NCBI RefSeq assembly: GCF_963921235.1
Contig: NC_086109.1
Location: 15,068,001-15,132,000, forward strand
Source of the DNA: Mobula hypostoma
Lineage: Eukaryota
Length of the DNA: 64,000 nt
Direction of reading: 5' to 3'
A program made the position numbers and the translations under genes. The notes below the pieces were generated by a model. That model did no database searches. It was not told the DNA's origin and was given only the letters and a program-made list of their open reading frames with translations. Within the stretch, counting starts at the first letter, position 1, and the number at the start of each line of letters is the position of its first letter. Positions 14,601-29,600 of the stretch are shown here, in pieces.

Positions 14601-17600
14601 TTATGAAGATGTTCAAATTTCAAAAATATACGTATAAGCGAAGTAGGTATGTGTCGGCCTATACTACCTTGAGATTCATTTTCTTGCAGGCGTTTCCAAC
14701 AGAACAAAGAAATACAATATATTTAAAGGAAAAGCCATGAGCAGCAAATGTGCGAAAGAAGGCAAACTGTGACAAATACAAATATAAATAATCAAACATG
14801 AAAATAAAGTCCTAACCTATTCAATCTTATAACTCAGGTCCTGCAGTCCTGTCATGAGAAGCTTGGGTGGTAGCAGTCTTTTCCCAAGGGCAGGGAGTCC
14901 ATAACTGGACGGCATATACTGTACTCAGGCTGAGAAGGGAACATATCAAAGGGGGCCCGAGGGCCATTTTCTTTCCACACAGAGGCAGGTGGATATATTG
15001 AACAAGCTGTCAGAAGAGGCAGGTACAGTTATAACATTTAAAAGACCATAGGGCAGTTACGTAGAGAAAAAAGATTTACAGAGATATGGGAAAAATGCAG
15101 GCAAGTTGGACGAGCTCAGTTAGGCAACTTGGTCAGCGGTGACGGAATAGGCCAACGGGCCTGGTTCTGTGTTGTATGACTCAATGAACCTATGACTCTA
15201 TGACTATAATAGAGGTTTATAGGATTAGGAGAGGCATAGTTAGAGCAGAGAAGGAATATCTTTTCCCCAGGATAGAAATGACTAATACCAGAGCACATGC
15301 ATTGAATTTGCAATAATTTTCACGTCACGTGCCAGTGATAATAAACCTGAATCTGATTCTGACTCTGAAGGCGAGACGGGGTAGGTTCAAGGCTAAGTTT
15401 TTTACTGAGAGAGTGGTGGATGCCTGGAATGCACAGCCTGGTATGGTGCTAGAGGCAAATGCATTAGATGCTTTTAAGAGATGCATGAATATGAGGAAGA
15501 TGGAGGGAAATGGACATTGTGTAGGTAGGAGGGATACATTTTGGGTTTTTAAAAAATTTACTTTTTAGCTGGTCTCACACTGTTAATATTGTGGGCCAAA
15601 GGTTCTATTCCTGTGCTATACTGTTCTATGTTCAAAATGACCCTAGTACAGGGGGGTTCCAACCTGGGATCCATGGACTGTCCAGTTAATAGTAGGGCTC
15701 CATGGCATAAAAAAAGGACGGGGACCCCTGTAAGAATCTAATGTTGCTCTGGGTTATTGTTCTGTTCTCCAGTCTCCCAGTCCTTGCCAGTCACTGGGCC
15801 TTTGTGGGGTAATAGATATTGGCTTTCATCTTCAGGGTCAGTTGATGATAGCCACCCTGAGCAGGACCTAATAAGACCATAAGATATAGGATCAGAATTA
15901 GACCATTTGGCCCATCGAGTCTGCTCCGCCATTTCATCATGGCTGATCCAATTTTCCTCTCAGCCCCAGTCTCCTGCCTTCTCCCCGTATCCCTTCATGC
16001 CCTGATTAATCAAGAATTAATCAACTTCTGCATTAAAGATATCTAATGACTTGGCCTCCACAGCTGCCTGTGGCAATCAATTCCACCAATTCACCACTCT
16101 CCATCTAAACAAATTCCTCCTCATCTCCATTCTCAAGGAGCTTCCATCTATCCTGAGGTTGTGCCCTCTGGCCCTGACTCTCACACTATAGGAAACATCC
16201 TCTCTGTGCCCACTTCATCCAGGACTTTCAATATTCGATAGGTTTCAATGAGATACCCCTCATTCTTCTAAACTGAACAACTGAATTGTCCCACTGATAT
16301 TTTACATGACTGAATATGCAAGTCTGCCAACTGGTGGCGGAGTGGCATCAGCGCTGGACTTTCGGGCGGAAGGTCCAGAGTTCGAATCCAGCCAGCTCCC
16401 GTGCATGCTTTCCATCGGGGCTGGGTTGAACATCGAGCTAGCTACTCGACCTCGTAAAAAAGAAATTGCCTGCTACAGAACCATCCCGTGAGTTTAAAGG
16501 CAATTTCTCTCTCTCTCTTGAATATGCAAGCCTACTGGTGCTGTAAGCTACTGAACACAGAGAAAGCAGACTCAGCAAGAGATAAGAGAAATAGGCATGA
16601 GCTATGTGCTGGGTAATTACAATTACATCATTTAAAATATTAAAATTTAACCACTTAGGAAATATTGCTCAATCTTATTGGTACGCTGCCCTCTCGTGGC
16701 AGTTTGTTGAATTATTCAAGCCAATGCATTAACTTCCATTAATACCCTGCTTTATTTAAGATTGTAAGACAAAGGAGCAGAATTAGGCCATTTGGCCTAT
16801 CGAGTCTGCTCCACCATTTGACCCCGATTTATTTTCTCTCTTGATGAAATCAATATGAGTAAGAGAAGTACATACCACTTCAATCTGCTCTGTATTTCTA
16901 CAAGATCCTGGCAGAACTGGTATCCTGACTTTCTAATAATATTTTGCTCCCTGAGGGATTACCAAAAATGGTGGATACAGCCTAGTCCATCACAGGCAAA
17001 GCCCCCCCCCCCCCAACCATTGAGTGTACTTCTATGGAGCGTTACCACGAGATGATAGACCCCTATCATCCAAACCATGCTCTCTTCTAGCTCCTGCCAT
17101 TGCTAGGAGATACAGGAGCCTTAGGTCCCACACCACCAGGTTCAGGAACGTTTACTACCCTACAACCATCAAGCTCCTGTACCAGCATGGATAACTTCAC
17201 TCACCTCCACTCTGAACTGATTCCACAACCTACAGACTCAATTTCAACAACCCTTTTAACTCACGTTTTTAATTTTATTTAGTTGCACAGTCTGTTTCCT
17301 TTTGTGCATTAGTTGTCAGTCTTTGTATATGTAGAGATTTTCTATCCTATTAAATTCTATTGTATTTCTTTATTTTCCTGTAAATGCCTGCAAGAAAATG
17401 AATTTCACAGTAGTTTATGGTAATCTATATGTACTTTGATCATACATTACCTTTCTATCTTGAACCTTAGAACTTTGAGGAAGTGGTGGCAGCAGATACG
17501 ATAGTGACACTAAAGAGGTATTTGTACAGGAACACAAACAGGCCAAGAATGGAGGGATAGAGACTACGTGCAGGCGGATGGAACTAGTTAAAATCGGCAT

Positions 17601-20600
17601 AGTCACCACATACACTGTGGACTTAAGGGTCAATTCTAGTGCTGTGTTCTATGTTCTATCTCCTTGGATTTTATCAGTCAATCTCAACAGCACCCATGGC
17701 TCTCTGAGGCAGGAAGTTCCAAGGTTTCACAGCCCATGATGAAAGCCCTCCTAACAAAATTCCATGTCTGAACCAATACTTTGGAGGTATGCCTCCACAT
17801 CCAGCACCATCCAGACAAGGGAAGGGACCTTCTGCCTTGCTCCCCATCACAGAGTCATACAGCACAGAACTGAGCCTAACTGATCTATGGCAACCAAAGT
17901 TCCTTTCTAAGCTATTCCCATTTGACCACATTTTGCCTATTTCTCTCCATCTTGTCCCATCCATGTACAGGTGTCCTTAAAATTGTATTAATGTACTTGC
18001 TTCAACCATTTTCTCTACCAGTCCATTCCACATATGGACAACCCTCTTGGTGAAAATATTTGCCTCTCCCCCCCTCACCCGACACCTAAATCCACTAGTT
18101 CTTGATACATTGGCATTGGAGAGGGTCCAGAGGAGGTTCCCAGGAATGAAAGGTTAAAATATGAGTAATGTTTGGTGGCTCTGGGCCCGTACTCACTCGA
18201 GTTTAGAAGGATGAGGAGGGGGGGTCTCATCAAAACCTATTGAGTATTGAAAAGTCTGGATAGAGTGGATGTCTCCTTGAATGGGGGAGTCTACAACCGG
18301 AGGGCACAGCCTCAGAATTGAGAGACGTTCATTTAGAACAGAGATAAGGAAATATTTCATAAAGCTAGAGGATGGTGAATCTGTGGAATTCATTGCCACA
18401 GATGGCTGTGCAGGCCAAGTCATTGGGTATATTTAAGTTGGAGTTTGATAGGTTCTTGATCAATCTGGGCATCAAAAGTTACAGGGAGAAGGCAGAAAAA
18501 TGGGGTTGAGAGGGATGATGGATTGGCCGTAGTATTGCATTGTACTGCTGCAGCAAGTTCAACAAATTTCACAACATATGCTGGTGGTATTAAACCTGAT
18601 TCTGATATTCAGCATCTTAATTTAGAGATTTACCAGCATAAAGAAGAAAAGACCAACACATAGACTAAACAAAGGTAGATGCATGTACTGTAAGTTTGAC
18701 AATAATCCACTGTAGCTCAAAGTTAAACTCAGGGCCAGATTTGTCTTTGGACAAATGAACTAGACACAGGATATATATATATATATAGTAGTTTTTGTAA
18801 ACTGTAGACCCCTTTCAAAATGTGTTTTCTCTGAATTCCACAAAAGCAAATTTAAGAGGTAGAGTTCAAAGTGAATATGTTATTCTACAATGTGTTTATT
18901 CTAAGTGTTTAAGCACTAGTTTTTGTTCTCAAAAAGATTACATCATTATAGTATTTTAACAAAACCTTGCAAATATTTCACGGAATTTTGCCTTGCGTTT
19001 TCAGATGGGGAATGGCACTTGGCAAAATAATGACACGTTTGAGAGGTGAGTGTGGAGTCACAAACAAGGAGGGCAGTTCAATCCATCTTGGTCACCCATC
19101 TTCTCACCACAAGGTTACTGAATGAGAAAGCTTCAGAGCAAATGGTGAAGAAATTTGTCAACATGCTGTCAGTGAGGAGAGGACTTCATAAAGTGGAGAG
19201 AGTGGGAATAATGGAATTATTCTCCTCAAAACTGAGAGGTTTAAGGGGACTTTGATTGACAGCATTCAAAATTTAGAAGAATTCTGATAGATTTTTAAAA
19301 TATGTTCCGTTAATGTGGAAACAATTTTCCCTGAAGAAAGGATGATGAATGGTTGTCAATCACAGCTGGAGAGCAAAAGAACTCCAGATGCTAAAAATCT
19401 AAAATATAAAATAACATTAAAGTTTGGAAAATGGAAGTTTCTAATGGAGGGTCATTACCTGAAATTATATTACATAAAGACAGAAATTTCTAGAAATGCT
19501 CAGCAGGGCAGGCAATATCTATGGAAAGAGAAATAATGTTTCAGATCTTAGAATTATAATCTATGAAGGGCCCCAGATTTTTTAATGTTAAGTTCATTAA
19601 ATTTTCATTAAAATAATTAAACTGTTTGTAAGATTTTAGCATTTGCAGTTCTTTTGACTTGCATTGCCTGTATATTTTGACTATGATCCTCCCTCGCCAG
19701 AATCTGCCTAACTTTCTGAATATTTCCAGATTTTCCTATTTCAATCAGAGTTGAACAGAATGGAAAAAGGCTCTTCAGCCCATCAATATCTGTGCAGACC
19801 AAAATGTGTATTCACACAAATCCCATTCCCCAGCACCTAGCCCATATCTGTATCTTGGCACCTATATACAATACTTGTTCACATACTTCTTAACTAAATC
19901 AAATGTACCTGTCTCAGCCACTTCCCCCTGGCAGCTGGTTCGATACATCTAACATATGCTGTGTAAAAAAAAAAGGTGCTTCTCAGGTTCTTATTAAACC
20001 TTTCACCTCTAACCTAAAACTATGTTCCCTTTTCTCCCCAGTCCTGGAAGATAAAGATTAGCTTTATTTATCATATGTATATCAAAGCATCAAATCCTAC
20101 AGTGAAATGCATCATCTGCCCCAAATCAAATCAGCGAGGATTTTGCTGGGCAGCCTGCAAATATTCCCACACTTCTAGCACCAACATAGCATCCCCACAA
20201 CTTACCAACCATTAACTGTACATTTTTGAAACGTGGGAGGAAACCGGAGCACCTGGAGGAAACCCATGTGGTCACGGGGAGAACGTACAAACTCCTTACA
20301 GGCAGAGGCAGGAAGTGAATTCTAATTGGTAATTGCTGGTGCTGTAAAGCAATGCACTAGCCACTACACTGCCATGCCTGGTCACCCTATCTATGTCCCT
20401 CATGGTTTTTTGCACACTTCTATTAGATAGACCACTCCTCACTCTCCTACAGTTCAAGGAGTAAGGACCAGTTGTCTAACCTCTTCCTATCATTCATTCC
20501 TTCCAACGTCCCTGTAAATCTTTTTCAGCACTCTTTCCAGATTAATCACGTCATTCATATATCAGGGTGACCACAATACTGAACACAATACTCCAAATGC

Positions 20601-23600
20601 AGCCTCACCAAGTTCTTGTACAACCGCAACATAATCTCCCAACTTCTATATTCAACCATAAGCACAAGAGATTCTTCAGATGCTGGAAATCTTGAGCAAC
20701 ACCCACACAAAATCCTGGAGGAACTCAGCAAGACAGGCAGCATCTATGGAGAGGAACAAAATTGGCAATGCTTTGGATCAGGACCCTTCATCAGTATTCT
20801 GATGCTGCCTGACTTGCCGAGTTCTTCCTGCATTGTGTGTGTGTTGTTCTATATTCAATGCCCTGATTTGTCTGGCAGAGATGTAAAAAAAAACTTTTGT
20901 GAGATCTTTAGAGGGAGACGCACTCCACCAAAACAGTGAGATGCAGAGCGGAGCCATTGTTGAAAATCCTTTTTATATATCAGGTTAATCTGATCTACAG
21001 TGCACCATCTGAGCAGCTATTTACTAGAGTTTCAACTCCTCTCTGCCTATTTGATAAACGATCTGTTAGCTGAAGGAATGCTTTTGGAATTGGATGGGCA
21101 CATGCCAAGATCAGTCCCTAACGCAGGGTGGCACAGTGGCACAGCCTGAAGAAATTCTGCTTTCAGCTCTAGTGACCCAGACTCAACCCTGCCCTTGGGT
21201 TTTGCCTGTTCCCAAAAGGATTTTCCCTTGTCCCTTGATGCTACTGTCAGGCCTGAAGAGCCATGCCACCGGCACTGTAACGTCAACTGTTTATTCCCCT
21301 CCATAAATGCTGTCTGACCTTCAGTGTTTTGTGTGTATGTGTTTATGTGTGCTGCTCATAATTATCTACTTCCCCTCAACCATTGTATCTTAAACCAAAT
21401 GGTAAAAAAAACAGAATTACTACAGTTGAGCAACACTGTGACCACTTTGATCACGTTGCACTAAAATAGCCTTACTTGTTCTAACGATGTTCTTTCTCGT
21501 AAAAATTGTGTACAATTTATGTTTAATATATGTTCTTCTGACTGCTGCTTATATGGTGATACGTACCTGTGATAGTGCTGCAAGTTTTTCATTGCACCTG
21601 TGCATGCATGAACTTTTGGACATGAAAGTAAACCCAACTGTGACTATGATCTCTGCCTTAAACCTGACAGGCGGCAGAAGTTTGCCAAAGCAATCTATGA
21701 CTTCAAGAAAAGGAATCCCAAGGAGCTCACAGTGTTAGCAGGAGAGATTCTAGAGGTAGGTTATATCCACTTCCGGCGTTAAAATTACACTGTGGACAGA
21801 GGCAACAAATAAAATGCAAAAAACTTTACAAGGATGAAGGCCAAGATTGGGAGGAGTCACCATAAAAGGCCAAGAGGCCTTTCTACCTAAAAGGGAGAGA
21901 TGATATGACAGAGATCATTAGGGATTCCAAAAGGTTTGAGAGGTAGATGAAGAAAGGCAAATCCAAATTTATAACTATCTTTTTCTCCTCCGCAGACGCT
22001 GCTCGATCTGCTGAGTATTTTATTTATTTTTCTTCAGAGATACAGCGCGGTAACAAGCCATTCCAGCCTAATGAGCCCAGTTACACGCATGTGACCATTT
22101 AACCTACTAACCCATACGCCTTTGGTATGTGGGTGGAAACCGGAGCACCCAGAGGTAACCCACGCGGTCACAAGGAGAATGTACAAACTCCTTACAGATG
22201 ACGGTGGGAATTGAACAACGGTCACTGGCACGGGTACAATGTTACGTTAACCGCTACACGACTATGCCACCCCAAAATTTTCAAATTTTTTCCAGCATTT
22301 CAGCATCTGCTGACGAAGGGAAGCTGTTTCAACTTGCAGCAGAGTTCAAAACTGCCAGAAAGTAATATAAAATAGACATGAAGAAATCCAGCAGCTCTTG
22401 GGGCAAAACTCACTTACACAGAAACTGGATACACGCGAGGGTGCAAGAAACAAAGTGATGTGGATGGGGCTTGATGAAACTGAACTATGATGCCAAACTG
22501 TCTTTTAGTGGTTAGTCAGTTACTAGACAGAGCAGCAAATCACCACCCCATTAAGGCAGGGATTCACAACTTTTTTATGCCATGGACCCCTACCATTACC
22601 TGAGAGGGTTAACGGGCCCCAGGTTGGGAACACCTGCATCAAGGGAATGCCTTGAGAAAGATGGCCTTGATGGCAAAGTTCGCATCCCAAGAATGAATTA
22701 GAGAAACAGAAGAAACCAATATTGACAATGAATTGTGTGGATGATGAAGGTCGATGTGATTTTTTTTGAGACTTGTTCTTCAACGTTTGTCATTCACCAG
22801 GCCAACACCTAATGTGTGATGAGGTCTGGTGTTCACTGAGGTGTAAGATGCGAATGTTAGAATCATAGAAATCTACAGCACATTACAGGCCCTTCGGCCC
22901 ACAATGTTGTGCCGACCATGTAACCTAACCTAGCCTAGAATTACACTACCACATAGCCCTCTGTTTTCCTAAGCTCCATGTACTTATCTAAGAGTCTTTT
23001 AAAAGACCCTGTTGTATCCGCATCTACCACTGTCACTGGCAGTGCATTCCACACCACCACCACTCTCTGTGTAAAAAAACTTACCTCTGACATCCCCCGT
23101 GTACCTATTTCCAGGCACCTTTAAACTATGCCCCCTTGTATTAGCCATTTCAGCCCTGGGAAAAAGCCTCTGGTTATCCACACGATCAATGCCTCTCATC
23201 ATCTTATACAGCTCTATCAAGTCACCTCTCATCCTCCGTCACTCTGAGGAGAATAGGCCAAGTTCACTCGACCTATTCTCATAAGGCACGCTCTCCAATC
23301 CAGGCAACATCTTGTAAGTCTTCTCTGCACCCTTTCTATAGTTTACACATCCTTTCTGTAGTGAGGTGACCAAAACTGAACACAGTATTCCAAGTGGGGT
23401 CTAACTAAGGTCTTGCACAGCTGTAACATTACCTCACGGCTCTTGAACTCAATCCCATGGTTGAGGAAGGCCATCACACCATATGCACTAGCTTGGAATA
23501 TTTTTAGGTCAGTTGTAGCGAGATGGATAAAGGATAAGATATCACCGCCAAACCAATGATGTGCCCGATCTCCAACCTCAAGAAGGGACTCACTGATTTT

Positions 23601-26600
23601 AAGGGGAAGCTGAATATGCCCATGAGGAAGATTGAAAGAAGACATGTAGATGAGACGGGGGGTATGGACCGGCTGGGATAAATGGCATGCCTGCCCAGGT
23701 GTTGCACCCTGTACTATTCCAGTGGTTGAGCAAGTCTCCTACACCAGCACTGATAATGCAACAGCAAGAGAACACAGGTGGAGACCAGTCAAACCTTGTT
23801 TCATCTGAATCAATGAAGAGATTCTGGAGATTTTCATTCTGTCTGTGTGGAATCTAGTCCTCAATCTTCTAACCACTTGAGCACATTCATCAGACTCTAA
23901 GCACAAGAAATTTTGCAGATGTTGGAAATCTAGAGCAACACTCACAAATTGCTGGAGGAACTCTACAGGTCAGGCAGCATCCATGGAGGGGAATAAACAA
24001 GTGACGTTTTGGGCCGAGACACTTCATCAGAACTGGAAAGGAGAGGGGAAGAAGGAAGAATAAGAAGGCGGGGGGAGGGGAAGGTGTGAAACCAGGGAAG
24101 GGGGAAGATGAGTGGGTGGGGGAGGGGGGCGAAGTAAGAAGCTGGGAGGTGATAGGTGGATAAGGTAAAGGGCTGAAGATGAAGGTATCTGATGGTAAGG
24201 AGAGTGGAACATGAGAGAAGGGAAAGGAGGAGGGGCACCGGAGGGAGGTGAAGGGCAGGTGAGGAGAAGGGAAGGGAGAAAAGGGGAGCAAGAATGGGAA
24301 ATGGATAAAACAGAAGGGGGAGGAGGGAAATTACTGGAAAATAGAGAAATCAATGTTCATGCCATCAGGTTGGAGGTTACCTGGGCAGAAAATGAGATGT
24401 TACTCCTCCAACCTGAAAGTGGCCTCATGGTGGCAGTAGAGGAGGCTTTAGACTGCCACTTCAGACTCTTTTGTACTGGCTTAATCTCGGTGTAACTCAG
24501 CTCGATCTGTTAAACTTGGTTTGCTAATGGAGTTCTATCTACCTCAAACATTCACAGTGTTTGTGTCTTTTCAGGTGTTGGAGGCTTCTAAACAGTGGTG
24601 GAAAGTAAAGGACAAGAATGGTTCTATTGGTTACATCCCCAACAACATACTAGAATTTATGGAACAGGACGAAAGTAAATCCTTGGTAGGGAAACGCTGC
24701 ACTCCTGTGACAAAATTAATGTGTTAGTGTTTTGCAAGTGTCTGAAACCTGCAGAGCATACTTGCTCATGATAGGGGACATGTCTTCCCTCTCCCTCCCT
24801 CAATCCTAACCAATGTTCCCTCCAAGGTGTGCACGTGTGTGCATGCACACATCTTTTGCTATTAGTGTACAAAGGAATTTAAACTGCGCACAAAAGGTTT
24901 TCACCCCCTACTTCATTGGCATGTTAAGTATATTTCATGATGGTACACAATCACATTTTATTTTCCGGTTTCTGATGTGGACGGTGTTTATAACTTGGAG
25001 TTTGTGATGATTAGTCTGCAGATTTTAGAACAGGCTTACATATACTGTTTTTATTGAAAAAATTATTGATTCAATAGCTCGCATTCCAAAGAAACAAAAG
25101 GCATGAAGCGCAAAAGAACTGCTGGTTCATTTAAAGTGGAATGGCTTAATGAAACAGTAAAAACTACTACACTGAAAGCTCATGAGGTTAGGATCACACA
25201 GCTACGAGAAATATTTCTGTACAATACAGCAATCAGCATGTATTGTCGCGATGCAAAAGTTGCTGGAGAATTTGCAAGTGGGAAGATGTGGAGTGATATT
25301 TGGAAACTTGACTTTTTAAAACATCATTTTGCAAGCAAATCACATATGGACAGTGTGCAAAAGCTCCAGCGGGAAAATCCTTTACTACTCGCTACAGAAC
25401 TGCTATGTACGTTTTGTGAGAGTGCAGACGTACAAGAGTGAAAATGAAGAAATCCAGAGGAGATCAGAGGATGACAATGTTTTGCTAGCTGTTAAAATGA
25501 CTGCCTCTATTTATAAAATTCAGTGTGCATATGTTGTCACTGGGCAAAAAATTACACAGCACTAGATTTTTGCATACACTGGTCATTCCAAACTAGAGGG
25601 AACATTGGTCCTAACTACTTACAACCCCTTTACTCTTCATGACATGTTATTCCAGATTTTAATGTATAACTTCTAGTGTCACTGTGTTCTGGAACTAGAT
25701 CCCAATCTTAACAGTTAACCAGAAACAGGATTATTGTCTCTGACATAAGTCAGGGAATATGTTGCTTTGTGGCAGCAATACAGTGCTGGCATACCAAATT
25801 ACGATAAGTTATAATAATAACAGAAGAAATAAATATACAAAAGATGAATAGTAAGGTAATCCAATTACAAACAAGAGGAAGTCTGCAGATGCTGGAAATC
25901 CAAGCAACACACACAAAATGCTGGAGGAACTCAGCAGGTCAGGCAGCATCCATGGAAGAATGTACCGCCGTTGTTTCTGCCGAAGGGTCTCAACCCAAAA
26001 TGTCGACTGTACTTTTTTCCATTGATGCTGCCTGGCCTGCTGAATTCCTGCAGCATTTTGGGAATAGTGAGGTAGTAGTGCTCATGGACCATTCAGAAAC
26101 CTGATGGCAGAGGGGAAGAAGCTGTTCCTGAAGTCTTGATTGTGTGTCTTCAAGCTTCCGTACTATGCTGGCAAAGTAGCATAACGGTCAGCACAATCGC
26201 TTTACAGCACCGGTGATCACTAGTTGGGGTTCGATTCCCACTACTGCCTGTAAAGACTGTGCGGATTTCCTCTGAGCGCTCCGGTTTCCTTCCACACCAC
26301 AAAGACGTACTGGTTAGGGTTAGTTGTGGGCCTGCTGTATTGGCGCCAGAAGCGTGGAGACACTTGCGTGGAGTTGTCGCTGATTTGATTTGATGCAGAT
26401 GATGAATTTCACTGTATGCTTCAATTTTTCAATGTACACGTGATAATTAATGCTAACCTTTAATCTTTAATCCAGGGATTCCCAATCTTTTTTATGTCAC
26501 GGACCAATACCATTAAGCAAGGAATCCGTGGACCCCAGACTGGGAACCCCTGCTTCAATCATAAATGTTTCTTCCCTGATGGTAGTAATGAGAGAGGGTA

Positions 26601-29600
26601 TTCCACAATGTATTGTTGGGAATAGGAGGGTTAAGTATTAAGTAAAGAGCCATCATTTACTCCACTCCGATCCTGCTTCATTCCTGCCATTTCCATGTCT
26701 TTTTCATTCATTTTGAGAGGAGCAAGGATGTATTGCTGAGACTTTATGAAGTGTTGGTCTGTCTGCAATTGGAATACTGGAGGCAATTTTGGATCCAGTA
26801 TCTACGGAAAGATGCGCTGGCCTGGACAGGGTCCAAAGGAGGTTCACAAGAATGATTCTGGGAATGAACACCTTAACATATAAGCAGTATTTGATGCTGT
26901 GGGCCCATACTTGATGGAGTTCAGAAGGATGAGGAGGATCTCATAGAAACCTATCAGCAGGTGGAAGGTCCAAAGAGAATGGCAATTAATAGGAGAATCT
27001 AGGATCCGAGGTATGGCCTCGGAATATAGTAATGTTGCTTTAGTTTGAGATGAGCAGGAATTTCTTCAGCCTGAAGGTGGTAAATGTGTGGAATTGATTG
27101 CCACAAAGGGATATGGAGGCCCAATCATTAGGTATATTTAAGGCAGAGCTTGATAGGTTCTTGATTGGTAAAGGGGTTAAAGGTTATCAAGAGAATAGAG
27201 TTGAAAGATATAAATTAGCATTGATGAATGGTGCACCAGGCTTGACGGGACAAATGGCCTAAATTCACTCCTATATTTTACGATTTTATGGTCTTTTGAT
27301 GGGAGTGCAAGACACCTTCAAATTGGGCTTTGCAGGGAACATAGGTACAGATTAAAGTAGAGTGAGCTGTGAATCTCTCCCCACCACAGCACCCCCTCCT
27401 TAATACCAATCGTTGTTGCTGTTACTCACATTCTCAACCATGATTTCTCACTCCCTTACATTCTGTGTGTGTGTGTCTCTCTCTCTCTCTCCATCCCCCC
27501 TTCCTCTTTCTATCTCTTTTCTATCCCTCTCCCTCCCTTCCTCTCTATCCTTCTCTTTCTCCCACCTCTCTTTTCTCTCTCCCTCTCTCTCTCTTTCTAC
27601 TCTCCTTTTCCTATGCTCCTCTCTCCATCTCTCTCTTTTCCTCCCTCTCTCTCTGAAACCCAGCCTCTCCCTTTCCCAAAGCCACCTCCTTCTACTCTAT
27701 TCCCACCTCTCCTAATCCTGGTATCTCTCCCCCATTCCTGATCCTTCCCCAATCCAAAGTTTGACATCTCGCCCCTCCTACCCCACTCACCTCCACTTCC
27801 ATCGGGAAGTTCTGCTGCTCCCTCCTCAAATAGCCCACTACCGGTTGAGGAAACACAAATATTAACGAGATCCAGCCACTGTGCTGAGGAGGACCTCCCT
27901 TTCTCTCAGTTCTTTGGCTTCTAGTAAGCACCTGAGTCTTCATTTGATTTCTCTGTGCAAAGCTATCAGATGGTGAAAGAGAATGTTGTATTAAATGTGT
28001 AACCAAGTTTTCCTAGGTATGTCTTGTTGTCTGTTGTGATACTTAATGAGGTTTCTAATTTCTTGCAGAACGTCTATCAGGATGGTGACTCACAATACCC
28101 GTCCAGGGGTCCTCAGGTGACTATGGATTCCACTGCCGGAGAGGTGGCAGCATGGCTTCAGGGCAAAGGCTATTCCAGAACGTAAGGAAGCACCATGTTG
28201 CCCTGCGGATTCAATTGCTTTCTAACTGGCTGCTTTTGCATTCGGACTGATAGTCCAAAAACACCACTTTCTTTGGACAAAGTGCCAATTACTTCCTATC
28301 AATGTAAAATAGTCGGTAGACTTTAAGTTAGAGCACACTTGGAGTACTGTGTTCAGTTCTGGTCACCTCATTATAGGCAGGGTTTGGAAGCTTTAGAGAG
28401 GGTAGAGGAGATCTGCGAGGGTGCTGCCAAGATTAGAGAGAGTGTTTTATGAGGAAAGGCTGAACAAGCTATGGGTTTTTTCTTTGGAGCGAAGAAGTGA
28501 TCTGATAGAGCAGGAGAAGATTTCTGATAGAGGTGTATAAGATGATAAGATAGAGTAAACAGCCAGCATCTTTTCCCCAGGACATCAGTGACTAATAAGA
28601 GACTACATACTTTCGAGGTGATTAGTGGAACCTGCAAAGGGGATGTACGACAAAAAATGCTGGTGAACGCAGCAGGCCAGGCAGCATCTATAGGAAGAGG
28701 TCCAGTCGACGTTTTGGGCCGGGACCCTTCGTCAGGACTAACTGAAAGAAGGGATAGTAAGAGACTTGAAAGTGGAGGGGGGGAGGGGGAGATCCAAAAT
28801 GATAGGAGAAGACAGGAGGGGAGGGGTGGATCTGGAAAGTTGATTGGCAAAAGGGATACCAGGCTGGAGAAGGGAGAGGATCATGGGACGGGAAGCCTGG
28901 GGAGACAGAGAAGTGGGGAGGGGAGCCCGGAGGGTGGAGTGCAGGCAAGGAGTTATAGTGAGAGGGACAGAGAGAGAAAAAAGAGAGAGAGTAAAAAAGG
29001 GGGAAAAAAATAAAAAATATATTAAAGGAATAAATAAGGGATGGGGTGTGAAGGGGAGGAGGGGCAATAACGGAAGATAGGGAAGTCAATATTCATGCCA
29101 TCAGGCTGGAGGCGACCCAGATGGAATATAAGGCGTTGTTCCTCCAACTTGAGTGTGGCTTCATCTTGACAGTAGAGGAGGCCGTGGATAGACATATCAG
29201 AATAGGAATGGGACGTGGAATTAAAATGTGTGGCGACTGGGAGATCCTGCTTTCTCTGGCAGACAGAGTGTAGGTGTTCAGCGAAATGGTCTCCCAGCCT
29301 GTGTCGGGTCCCGCCAATATATAGTAGGCCGCACCGGGAGCACCGGAGGAGTATAGTCACAGGTGAAGTGTCGCCTCGACGCAGGCTGGGAGACCATCTC
29401 GCTGAACACCTATGCTCTGTCCACCAGAGAAAGCAAGATCTCCCAGTGGCCACACATTTTAATTCCACGTCTCATTCCCATTCTGATATGTCTATCCACG
29501 GCCTCCTTTGCTGTCAAGATGAAGCCACACTCAGGCTGGAGGAACAACACAGCCTTTCTAAACAGTTTATTGAGCCTGTTGGCATCACCCATGTTAATGC

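Noticed and set aside
27413..27741. Leu/Ser/Pro-rich ORFs (also 23890-24353, 28688-29089, 60188-60644)
   Set aside because: Artefacts of CT-rich low-complexity sequence or Penelope UTRs, open in several frames.
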